Positions 38,928 to 48,400 of a DNA stretch of 64,000 nt are shown here, piece after piece; position 1 is the stretch's first letter; every line of letters begins with the position of its first letter. The translations under genes and the position numbers were made by a program. The stretch covers positions 55,506-119,505 of the forward strand of contig JAFXEB010000003.1 of the NCBI GenBank assembly GCA_017521025.1, given 5' to 3'. Under the pieces are notes generated by a model. That model had not been told where the DNA came from. It did no database searches and saw nothing but the letters and a program-made list of their open reading frames with translations. This DNA is from Clostridia bacterium (GTDB lineage: Bacteria; Bacillota; Clostridia; Oscillospirales; CAG-382).

Positions 38928-39818
38928 CTATTCCCAAAATCTTCTTTTATTTCTTTCTGTACTAAATACATATTCTGCAGACGGTGGAAAACAGCTAAAT
39001 GCTATCTCAAATGCCTCTATATTAGGACAATACGAACCAGTTCTCTTCACTGCAAACACAACTTCTTTAAATGCATTTAGGTAGCGTTTTTCTGACAACA
39101 CATCAGAAAAGACCTCGGCCACAGTAATCGGTGGATTGTGAAAAGCTCCACAGCCAAATGCTCCTAAAACAATTGCCTCTACATCGTTCTCGATAGCGAC
39201 TTCAAAAATATTTCTTACTCTGCCGCCAAGAATTTCGCGTAATTGTTTTTCAGGATAAGTTGAATGCACTGCCAAAATCGGAGCGGCACAAGTCAACACA
39301 TCTATTGAATACCGGTCTTCTATATACTCCTGTGAGCTTTTCGAAGGGAAAACATTAGGATCATATTTACGATCCTCTCTAATAACTGTAACTCCCTTAG
39401 TATAGATTGTCCTGTCTGATGCAGGAAAGCACTCACCATATCGCCGATTCAACATTGATTTATGTGCATCATAGTAAGCACTCGCTTGTTTAGATATTAA
39501 ACATGGATATAAATTGCTCGCTCTACATAAATACTCCTCTTGCGCATTGGCTCCGCGCAGCACGCCTCCACCAGGTTCAACAGGATTTGCAAAATTAAGT
39601 ACGCAAGTTTTATGTCCTTCTTTAACTAATCGCCGTGCAGCGATCAATGTCAAGTTCTCTTCGAAGTGAATGTTTGATGCATATTCAGGTTTCTTACAGG
39701 ACATAAACCCTTCACCATAGACCGCTGTTGAATTAATCGCTTCTGACGTTTTACTATTAAGCGTGTAATTGTGCTCAATTACATACAAAGTGTCCTTGAT
39801 GATATCTATATTTGTCAT
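38928..39818 (-). CDS. TIGR02452/bacterial-type PARG-like macrodomain protein (ADP-ribose glycohydrolase family)
   Basis: VLNFANPVEPGGGVLRGANAQEEYLCRASNLY carries the PARG signature GGG-x7-QEE. VLGAFGCGAFHNPP is also present. The start is ATG 39818, 6 nt after GGAGGTG. Confidence 0.75.
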   Translation of the reverse strand: MTNIDIIKDTLYVIEHNYTLNSKTSEAINSTAVYGEGFMSCKKPEYASNIHFEENLTLIAARRLVKEGHKTCVLNFANPVEPGGGVLRGANAQEEYLCRASNLYPCLISKQASAYYDAHKSMLNRRYGECFPASDRTIYTKGVTVIREDRKYDPNVFPSKSSQEYIEDRYSIDVLTCAAPILAVHSTYPEKQLREILGGRVRNIFEVAIENDVEAIVLGAFGCGAFHNPPITVAEVFSDVLSEKRYLNAFKEVVFAVKRTGSYCPNIEAFEIAFSCFPPSAEYVFSTERNKRRFWE

Positions 39819-39848
39819 AACATTCACCTCCCACACCCTACCTCAATC

Positions 39849-40106
39849 TTACCGGGGCGTTCCACACTTTGGGCAAACAACATGGGCAGCATCGAACTGT
39901 GTAGCACAATTTCTGCAAATAGCTGTTCCGCGGTTTGCTCCAGCGTATGCATTGCCCTTAGAGTATGAACCGTAGGATACATCATTAGAATGAGAACCCC
40001 CGCGAGACATCTTCTTTAGGATGATACACTGTAAAACGATGACAACAGCAAGAAGAACTGCTAAAATTCCAATCAACACATAACTTATAACAAATTCAAT
40101 ATACAT
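39849..40106 (-). CDS. Small membrane-anchored zinc-ribbon protein
   Basis: N-terminal TM helix FVISYVLIGILAVLLAVVIVLQCIIL; C-terminal CRNCATQFDAAHVVCPKCG. Confidence 0.55.
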   Translation of the reverse strand: MYIEFVISYVLIGILAVLLAVVIVLQCIILKKMSRGGSHSNDVSYGSYSKGNAYAGANRGTAICRNCATQFDAAHVVCPKCGTPR

Positions 40107-40121
40107 ATTTCTATTACCCCT

Positions 40122-41261
40122 TTAGTCTATGTGAAACTTAAATTCTTCGTTAGCAAACCTAATTATAGATCCATCATTCAACAGTTCTTTTACTCCTGGC
40201 TGAGTTCTTCTTCCGTTAAGGTATGTACCATTCGTAGAGCCCAAGTCTACCACATAGAATTTTCCTTGATCCTTGATAATATCAGCATGTTTCCTGCTCA
40301 CATTATTGTTGAAGATGCGATAATCCGTGACCCCTTCCATCTTTCCAACTCGAAAAGGAAATTTATTTATGATAATCTTACCTTCTCTTGAACAGTCTTC
40401 AAGCCAAACACTTTGAGCCATTCGCTGCGAGCCTCTAAAAACTGTCACTACACCATTCTCATCTTTATTTACGGATATATCGCTGCGCTTCTGCCTTTCT
40501 GCATCAGTCTCTGACTTCTTTACTGTTTCCGGCCAAAACTCCGAATCGATTGTCGGTGTGTTTTTGGGGGCAGTATTTGTTGATCGAGATAATAATCGCT
40601 TGCCACAGAACGGGCAGATTTCCTCTGACGTGTTTACTTTAGAACCACAGGCAGGGCACAACCCGCTGCGATTGGTGTCACCTTTCTGTTGAAGAAGGGC
40701 TTCTGCCACTTTATCGCAATATGATTCTAACATTCCTACCGTATAGGCTGTAACGCTATTTAAATCCTGCACTAACATTTGAACATATCCAATGTCTTCC
40801 CCTGCTTCGAAGTTGCATTGTGCGACCGCCTCGAGAAGAAAAGACTTCAGATTCCCTGTGCTTTCAAAAGGTTGTAAGGGAACATACATCATATACACAC
40901 GCCAAGTAGAAGGATCTATGTATACAGCTTGTGCTGTCCACATTAAAAGATCTTTGCTGAAACGGTTTTTTTCTATCCCTTTGAGAATCAGAGCGATGTG
41001 TCTCAAAAGGACTACAAACAGGCGGCGATTCATTCCTTGAAGGTGCAAGAACTCAGATAACGGAATCAGTCCCTCTGTATTGTATGTTAAGTTGGTCTTA
41101 AATCCAGACGTATCAACATCAAAAAGAAGCAATCCTTCAACGGTGCCCTCAGAGATGGCATTAACCTCACGCTGATTTAGTTGTTGCCCTTTTTTTCCTT
41201 TGACCTCTCTTATCAATTTCCTCTTTCGCACATCTATCACCTCTAATCCATAATTGGACAT
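40122..41261 (-). CDS. Three-part protein: unknown N-terminal domain, zinc ribbon, C-terminal FHA domain
   Basis: CPACGSKVNTSEEICPFCG in the middle. FHA: FRVGKMEGVTDYRIFNNNVSRKHADIIKDQGKFYVVDLGSTNGTYLNG. Confidence 0.8.
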   Translation of the reverse strand: MSNYGLEVIDVRKRKLIREVKGKKGQQLNQREVNAISEGTVEGLLLFDVDTSGFKTNLTYNTEGLIPLSEFLHLQGMNRRLFVVLLRHIALILKGIEKNRFSKDLLMWTAQAVYIDPSTWRVYMMYVPLQPFESTGNLKSFLLEAVAQCNFEAGEDIGYVQMLVQDLNSVTAYTVGMLESYCDKVAEALLQQKGDTNRSGLCPACGSKVNTSEEICPFCGKRLLSRSTNTAPKNTPTIDSEFWPETVKKSETDAERQKRSDISVNKDENGVVTVFRGSQRMAQSVWLEDCSREGKIIINKFPFRVGKMEGVTDYRIFNNNVSRKHADIIKDQGKFYVVDLGSTNGTYLNGRRTQPGVKELLNDGSIIRFANEEFKFHID

Positions 41262-41320
41262 CAGCCTTTTTCCCTGTTAATTCTTATTCCGTTGCCTTGA
41301 CCTTTTCGATGAACTTATCA

Positions 41321-41919
41321 TCATATTTTTTTTAAAAGTTCCTTTTGGATTGTATTAACTTTCTTTCGCTTTACAGAGGTCAAAGAAACTTCCATCATAT
41401 CACTATGTGCCGTAATATCATAATGCAGTATTAAAGGAACGATCACAGCGATGTTCTCAGAAGATGTTGTATATACCTCATAACTGTCTTGATAATCCTT
41501 AACTAACATCGCTTTCTCTGCGATCGCAATCAGTTTGTCTCCTCTGTATATACATAGGTATAATCCCTTGTTGCCAAAGCCAACCTCGTATAAATAGTAT
41601 TCATTCGAACCAATTTTGAGAAAACGATATGTATAGGATTGCAGGAAACCTTTTTCGTTTTATTGCTTCCTGCTATACTTCCTAATAGTTCATCTTGTGA
41701 ATACAGTCTAAACTTCATTCTATCGATTAACGACGCACCATTGGTAGTGTCTGTCGGATTGTAATAAAGGCGATGTTTGTCTCCATTGAAATAATCCATT
41801 GTTATGTGCAGACACCCTTTTTCAAAGGGGGCAATTGCAGTACACAGCGTATTTTCACCCTTTGTAGCCATCCAAACCATATTAAAGCCTGTGCGTAGCT
41901 GTTCGATTTTAAAAATCAT
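41321..41919 (-). pseudogene. Single gene split by a -1 frame change at a GAAAAAG run (pseudogene, sequencing error or slippery site)
   Basis: The 129-aa ORF and the 62-aa ORF belong together. The frame of the latter is open upstream to ...NEKGFLQSYTYRFLKIGSNEYYLYEVGFGNKGLYLCIYRGDKLIAIAEKAMLVKDY..., and it opens exactly at the A5 run (T5 at 41651-41655 on the plus strand). Confidence 0.6.
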
Positions 41920-41933
41920 CTCAACATTTCTTT

Positions 41934-44372
41934 CTACTCACCAACATACACGGCACAATTCGCATAATATTTCCCGTCTTTTGAGACCACTTTAATGCTT
42001 GCTGATCCGGGACCATTAGCCACAACCTTGCCGTCACTAACGGATATAATACTTCCGTCGGAACTCGACCAGGTAAAATCATCTGCATCATAACCTTCAG
42101 GATACTCTATGCTTACCACAGCATTCTCACCGATAGATAGGTAGATGTAGTAGGAAGATATCACCATGTTTGTAGTACCGTTACTTTCATTGCCAGCGTT
42201 GTTTTCTTCCTGTTGTTCTTCTTCATTTATAGGAATTTCCAGACGCTCCTGCCACAACACAACCTCTTTTTCGGGAAGTATTTCAAACTCCACTGCTGCA
42301 CCAGGTGCATTACTACCTTCGGGTCCAACAATCGTCCATGTATATTTAAGGTTCAACTTGTTAGCCAGCGTATTCTTATCTGTCCCAATTTTAAGTTTTA
42401 CTATCGGAACATATCCATTAATTCCATACGAATGGGATGTTTTTCGTTCGATAATAAATGCATCATCCGTTTCCACCCATTCTGTATAGTATTCAAGCCC
42501 ATGTCTAGCCTTAACATTAACTGCTGCAGAAATATCTACGTTTATAAAAGGAATTGTACAAAATGAAAGTTGAGCACTTAGGTTCGGTCCTGCCTCAAAT
42601 TCAAGCTCTGCCTCCGCACCAGCCGAAGAATCTCGAGTGCAAGTTTTCTTTGTTTTTCCTGATTTATATTCTGCCTTTGTGTTGTTTGTAATAGAGGCTT
42701 TCACGGAAATCTCACCATTCAATTCCGCATAAAGACTCACTTCCAATGTTAGTGTGCCTACTCCTCCCAAGGAAATCGGAATAGAACATATCGTAAGTTC
42801 TTCCTCCAGTTTGCCCTTTACAGAAAGTGACACCGACGCACCATAATTCGTCTCAACTGTGAAACTCTCGATGCCCGTAGGAATTCCAGTATCGGCACCT
42901 AAAATCTTCGCTGTTTTGATCTTATATGTTGGTATAACGTACAGGTCTGTTATAGAAACAGAACCAACTATCTCATAACCTCCGCTAAACTTGTTTGTAA
43001 TATTTGGAATATTTTCCTCTCCCGACTGGCTTGTTACATATGGCTTGTTCTTGTCCGGAACAAAATTTTCATCACTCTTCTGCACCCCATACAAAGCGTC
43101 GCGTAACTCATCAGCTGTAATAACGCCCTTTTTATATGCCTCTATCGCCTCATCATTGCTGTAAGGATCAGACCCAAAAAGACTTTTATCTGGAAATACA
43201 CTTTTCTTTGAAAACCATTCGCCAAGTTCTGGACTAGCACCAGTCTCTGTCAGCAACTGTTCGATAGCCAAGGATTGGCTGCCCCATTGTGGGCTAAGGC
43301 TTACGGTTCCTTTGGTAAAATTAAATGAGGCAGTAAAAGACAATGCCTGATCCTTACTTGTTCCGATACCCAAAGGGATCACTGCATAGTCGGATTTATA
43401 ATTACCTGCTAAATTCTGCAAAGAATAGTTATTGTTCGAACTGGGCGAGTAAGAAAGACTAACTACACTAGGACCACTATTTGAGTTGTAGGAGACAGGA
43501 GACACGCCTCCACCTGTATGGGTAATTGTTACACCACTCGCAGGAACAATATCCTCAAACTCAGGAATTGCAACACCGGAATACTCTATTTCATCAAAAA
43601 CCTCATGGAATTCAGGTGTGCAGGTTTCGATGGTATATGTTCCATCGCCGTTAACCAATACACTTACCACTTTAATTGCAACACCATCTGGGTTTTCCGT
43701 GGTCCCCGGTGCAATTAAAACATCATCAATATTTGGTGTTAGATTGGATACAACATATTTGTTTTCACCATTGCTAACAATGTTGGATGTTTGTCGTTGA
43801 TCAGAAACTTCCTCATTAACCACTACCTTGTCTATGGGAGTTACTTCTTGTGTTAAATATAGGAACTTCGCTGATGATAATATGGATTGGCATTCTTCCT
43901 CGGTTACATATCGATCATAATCTAGGCCAGCAGGCACTATGTTGTTGGCAATTGCATAGGCCAAAGCCTTGTCTTCCTTTGTTTCGCCCTCATAGGTTGC
44001 AACATTAGAGCCAACAGCATAAACAGCGGTAATGGCGACATATTTCAGAGATACCAACTCATCTGGGTTGAATGTCTCTTCAGTAACAGGAAATACTTCC
44101 CACTCCACACACGATTGAACATATGTAAAGGCTTGATTAGATGCCTGAATATCTGTGAAATATGGTTCGGAACTGAGGCATTCATCCATGCCAAAACAAA
44201 TGGCCAACTTCTCCGCCCATTCTATTTTGGTGATATAATTTCCGTTGTCGACATTGTCAGTCCCATTGCCGTTAGACTCTCCATTATCAAATGAAAAATG
44301 TGGTAATGAGCAAGAAGATAATGTAGAAACCAACAATATAACAGCAAGAATTAAAGAAAGTAGCCGCTTCAT
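41934..44372 (-). CDS. Large lipoprotein with C-terminal Big_2 (Ig-like) domain, unknown function
   Basis: MKRLLSLILAVILLVSTLSSC lipobox. C-terminus: VVSIEYPEGYDADDFTWSSSDGSIISVSDGKVVANGPGSASIKVVSKDGKYYANCAVYV. Confidence 0.65.
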   Translation of the reverse strand: MKRLLSLILAVILLVSTLSSCSLPHFSFDNGESNGNGTDNVDNGNYITKIEWAEKLAICFGMDECLSSEPYFTDIQASNQAFTYVQSCVEWEVFPVTEETFNPDELVSLKYVAITAVYAVGSNVATYEGETKEDKALAYAIANNIVPAGLDYDRYVTEEECQSILSSAKFLYLTQEVTPIDKVVVNEEVSDQRQTSNIVSNGENKYVVSNLTPNIDDVLIAPGTTENPDGVAIKVVSVLVNGDGTYTIETCTPEFHEVFDEIEYSGVAIPEFEDIVPASGVTITHTGGGVSPVSYNSNSGPSVVSLSYSPSSNNNYSLQNLAGNYKSDYAVIPLGIGTSKDQALSFTASFNFTKGTVSLSPQWGSQSLAIEQLLTETGASPELGEWFSKKSVFPDKSLFGSDPYSNDEAIEAYKKGVITADELRDALYGVQKSDENFVPDKNKPYVTSQSGEENIPNITNKFSGGYEIVGSVSITDLYVIPTYKIKTAKILGADTGIPTGIESFTVETNYGASVSLSVKGKLEEELTICSIPISLGGVGTLTLEVSLYAELNGEISVKASITNNTKAEYKSGKTKKTCTRDSSAGAEAELEFEAGPNLSAQLSFCTIPFINVDISAAVNVKARHGLEYYTEWVETDDAFIIERKTSHSYGINGYVPIVKLKIGTDKNTLANKLNLKYTWTIVGPEGSNAPGAAVEFEILPEKEVVLWQERLEIPINEEEQQEENNAGNESNGTTNMVISSYYIYLSIGENAVVSIEYPEGYDADDFTWSSSDGSIISVSDGKVVANGPGSASIKVVSKDGKYYANCAVYVGE

Positions 44373-44439
44373 AGCATATCCTCCTCGATAAGCAGGTTAT
44401 ATATCAGGGATGAATCCATCCCATTAATTTCAAATTTAG

Positions 44440-44469
44440 GCAGGTGGGTGTGGGATCACACCCACCCGC
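44440..44469 (-). terminator. GC-rich hairpin after the WXG100 pair (attenuator or partial terminator)
   Basis: Minus strand: GCGGGTGGGTGTG-loop-CACACCCACCTGC. It pairs perfectly only on the minus-strand RNA, through a G-U pair. The following U-tract is weak (CTAAATTTG). Confidence 0.5.
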
Positions 44470-44482
44470 AGTGTATTTTGCA

Positions 44483-44782
44483 TTACTTAAATGCCTGTGC
44501 GTTGGTCTGAATTGCGCCTTCAGTGGATTCGTAGCTCTGTGCGGTGTTCACGAGGAACTTTGCGTAGGATTCAACAACATTCTTGTATTCCTCAAAGCGA
44601 GGCTTCATTGCATTCATAGCAGCTCTGATATCGGATGCTGCGTCACTCTTCCAAGTGGCTCCCAGGTCATTCATGCTCTTATTGATGTCAGCAAGCTTGC
44701 TGTCCAAAGTGGAGTTGATGTTGCGAACCTTCTCTGCGGTGTCAAGCAACACTTGGGTTGAAATCTGAATAGTATCTGCCAT
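44483..44782 (-). CDS. WXG100 family protein (motif variant W-K-S)
   Basis: 99 aa, MADTIQISTQVLLDTAEKV...LGATWKSDAASD...; size and helical-hairpin layout match EsxA-like proteins. Confidence 0.75.
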   Translation of the reverse strand: MADTIQISTQVLLDTAEKVRNINSTLDSKLADINKSMNDLGATWKSDAASDIRAAMNAMKPRFEEYKNVVESYAKFLVNTAQSYESTEGAIQTNAQAFK

Positions 44783-44796
44783 TATCTTCTTCCTCC

Positions 44797-45099
44797 TTAG
44801 TTGACCAGTTTGCGAGCCTCGGACACAACTGTATCCTGAGTGTCGCGATACGCTTTTGCGCTCTTTCTGAGAAAATCAGCATAGTTGAGCATCAAGGTAT
44901 GCATCTTTGCAAAGTCATCCTTGAAGCCATCAATCTGATTCACAAACGCCACATTGTCTTTTCCGCTCCATGTAGAGGCCATCGCATTTGTCTCAGAATA
45001 GAGCTGATCATACTGCGTCTTGTAATCGGCTGCCAAACTCTCAATTCTGCCTGCGGTGGACTCCAACTGTTCCGGGTTAACCTGAATTGTTCTTGTCAT
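44797..45099 (-). CDS. WXG100 family protein (EsxA/EsxB-like)
   Basis: 100 aa, MTRTIQVNPEQLESTAGRIES...MASTWSGKDNVAF (W-S-G). Confidence 0.85.
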   Translation of the reverse strand: MTRTIQVNPEQLESTAGRIESLAADYKTQYDQLYSETNAMASTWSGKDNVAFVNQIDGFKDDFAKMHTLMLNYADFLRKSAKAYRDTQDTVVSEARKLVN

Positions 45100-45183
45100 T
45101 TTTTAATGACCTCCTTATAATTTTATCAACATTAGCTCACGGAAGACGAGCTAATATATGAACATATAACAATCTGCCTATTC

Positions 45184-45435
45184 TTAGATAAGCATAAGTT
45201 TTGTACCGTTTCCAATCTCCAGTTCAAAAACGGTACCGTTAATATCGAGTATCTCTCCGGTTGTCTTGCGTGCGAGCACCGTATCTCGGGACGGTATGAA
45301 CTGTCCTTCTGATAGTTCAGATATCGCACGCTTTATCAGTTCCGTAACCTCAAATATTTGTGACTGGGTCGGGATGAAAATATCGTAGGACCTGTTGAGA
45401 ATTGGAATGTAAACATTTACAAGCACCTTGTTCAT
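45184..45435 (-). CDS. YukD/EsaB-like ubiquitin-fold T7SS protein
   Basis: 83 aa, VNVYIPILNRSYDIFIPTQSQIFEVTELI...GTKLMLI. It overlaps the essC stop by 4 nt. Confidence 0.7.
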   Translation of the reverse strand: MNKVLVNVYIPILNRSYDIFIPTQSQIFEVTELIKRAISELSEGQFIPSRDTVLARKTTGEILDINGTVFELEIGNGTKLMLI

Positions 45436-48400
45436 TCTAAATCAGCCCCTTTCTTTTCAGCCGAAAGCAGTTTTGCAAGAATCGGACGATTCCGGTAGAT
45501 GTAATAGCCAAAGTGTTTGCCAACATCTTCATACATTTCGCTTGTGATCTTGTTAATCTTAAATGCGAACTGATCTGCGACACCTTCACCTACCCAAATG
45601 CCATCTGCACCAATGATGTGCTGTTTATACCACTGATCGTATTCATACTTCTTTATCTGAGAAGCCGAATCGCAAAGCACAAAATGGATCTTATATATCG
45701 GATCTGCCTTGACCAGTAATGTCGCCAACTTATCCTTTGCATCATCGCTCAGTTGTTCGAAGAGTCGCTTTACGCCAAAAATGACATAGCAACGCTCATC
45801 GAACTGTTCCAGTACAGAAGCATCTAAATTTGCATCCTTGTACAGATTGTTTCGAAGTACCATTTCATTGAACATCTCCAAAACAATATCAGCAAAGTTT
45901 AACTTAGTCACAAATTTCTCACACTTGTCAAGTTCTTTCTCTGTATCCACTACCGTAACATGGCATCCTCTTGCAATAATAGGAACCAGTTCCTCCACAA
46001 AGTCGACCATTTCATGTGCGTCTTGAGAAAGCACAGGAAGAACGACTTTCTTTTCAAGGTTAAAGGTGATGATTTCAAGAGAATTCTTTGCCACGCCCAC
46101 CGGAATCGATGCCAAACCATTAATTTTTTGCTCAACGAACTCCGAGTCAACGATCTGCGGAAGAATCGGAATGGGCTTAGCCGTTACAGTTGTTTTAGCC
46201 TTGATACCTTCACAGAACTGACGAATGAAATTCTGTACATCCTGTTCCTCAGTACAATAGGCTGTCTGGAATTCATAAACTCGATCCAGTGCAACAAGGC
46301 CACGCCCTTTATGCTTCGAAGGAATTACGCCATCGTTCTTACCAACTATCGTTACATAGTCCGTTGCATCATTTAACTGCATAGTAAGCAACATTTTAAA
46401 ATTCTGCTGAACTCTGTAACGAACAGCATTTGAGTGCGTAGCTGTAACAACAAAGTAAATACCATATTTAACTCCGTCTCGTGTTAGAAGCGCAAACTCC
46501 TCCTGATAATCTTCCATTTGCTCCGCAAATCCGGAGAAGTTGTTCAAAACCACGACAATATTCGGCACAGTTTTTCCGCTGTTCTTGCAGTAGTTGGTAT
46601 AATCACCGCCATAAGAAGAAAACAAACTGCGTCTCGCTTCCATCTCCTTCAGCAACATTTTCAGCAAGTTGACGCATTTCTCATCATCAGATGCGGTTAC
46701 AACCCCACCAACATGTGGTGCAGAAGAAAACGCCTTTAGCGTCTCGGAGCCATAATCCATTAAATATAGATTTACTTCGACCGGTGTGTGATTTTTAATT
46801 AACGAATAACAGAGTGTGGTCGCAAATGTTGTCTTGCCGTTTCCTGTTGCACCAAAGACAAGGCAGTTACCCTCTGCGGAAAGTGGTATTGTAAGAACGT
46901 CTTGTTTTTGATTGAACGGGTCGTCATACTCACCCACAACTGGATTAAGCACCGTACCGTACGATCTCTTCGCATATTTTTCTTCCAACTGATCCACATA
47001 AACGTGGGAGGGAATCGGTTCCAACCACAACGTTCTCGCAGTAACACCTTCGTCAACTGCCAAATCCGAGAGGTACTTTACAACAGAAACAATTTGTTTA
47101 ATCTTGCTTCCGCTTGTTGCTTTTGGGTTTGGTTTAACACTAATGATCGGTCGCCCAAGCGAATCAACAACTTGTATGCTTGCATCAATAGGCTTCTCGA
47201 CAACATCACTCGGTTGATATTCCGCTCCACACCACGCAGACTGTCCCATCGCAAAAAGCTCGTTAAATCCAACTTGCAAGTAGAATCTACCCGTTTGAGA
47301 AAGTTCTGCGGCATCTGGACACTTTATCATATCCTGCGAATCGGACTTTTCCTGAACCTTCAAGCAGACTCTGAAACGGCTGTTACTCCAAATTTGGTCA
47401 TCAACAACGCCACTCGGTTTCTGCGTAGCAAGAATCAAATGAACACCTAGGCTACGACCAATTCTTGCCGCACTGATCAACTGTTCCATGAACTCAGGCT
47501 GTTGTGTCTTCAATTCTGCAAACTCATCCGAGATGATGAATAGATGTGGCATCGGATCGCTTACAATTTTTTCTCGATAAAGTTGTTGATACTTATAGAT
47601 ATCCATTGTTCCTTCATTAGATATCCTCCGTGCCTCGTTAAACACTGCCTGTCTTCTTCTAAGTTCACTTTGAATGGACACCAATGAACGAGTAATTGCT
47701 GCACCATCAAGATTCGTAATCGTTCCCGCTAGGTGCGGCAACTTAATTCCCTTGTCTGAATTTTCAAAAGCACCCGTCAAGCCGCCACCTTTATAGTCAA
47801 TCAGAATAAAGGATACTTCGTCAGGATGATAATTTACCGCCAAGGATAAAATATATGTAATAATGAATTCCGATTTGCCGGAACCGGTCATGCCAGCAAC
47901 CAATCCATGAGGGCCGTGATACTTTTCGTGCAGATCAAGCATAAAACTATCGCCATCCGCTCCGATGCCTATAGGGGTCTGCAGTGTCTTGGTTGGATTA
48001 TTCTCTTTCCATCTGGCGAGAGAGTTGAGATGCTCAACCTTACCAACATTGAACATTTCCAAGAATGTCATCATGTTGGGCAAAACAAAACTTTTCTCTG
48101 CAACATCAAGTTCAATGTTTGCGAGTTTTGTTGACATATTTTCAAAGACCATCTTGTTTGCAACATCTGCAGCAAAGGAAACTTGTTTTCCAGACGTATC
48201 ATCCTTGTCAAAGAGCTTAGAATTCGTTCCGTTAGCGTGTATGATAGTTCTTGTTTCTTTTGGGAAATCACTAAATTTGTCACCGGTGATGATTGCGGTA
48301 AAGCCGAGGTTATCTTCACTCAAAATTTGTTTTAAAGCCGTGCATTTTTTTCTTAATGTGTCACTAGTAATGATACAAACATAATACGGCGAAAACTCTT

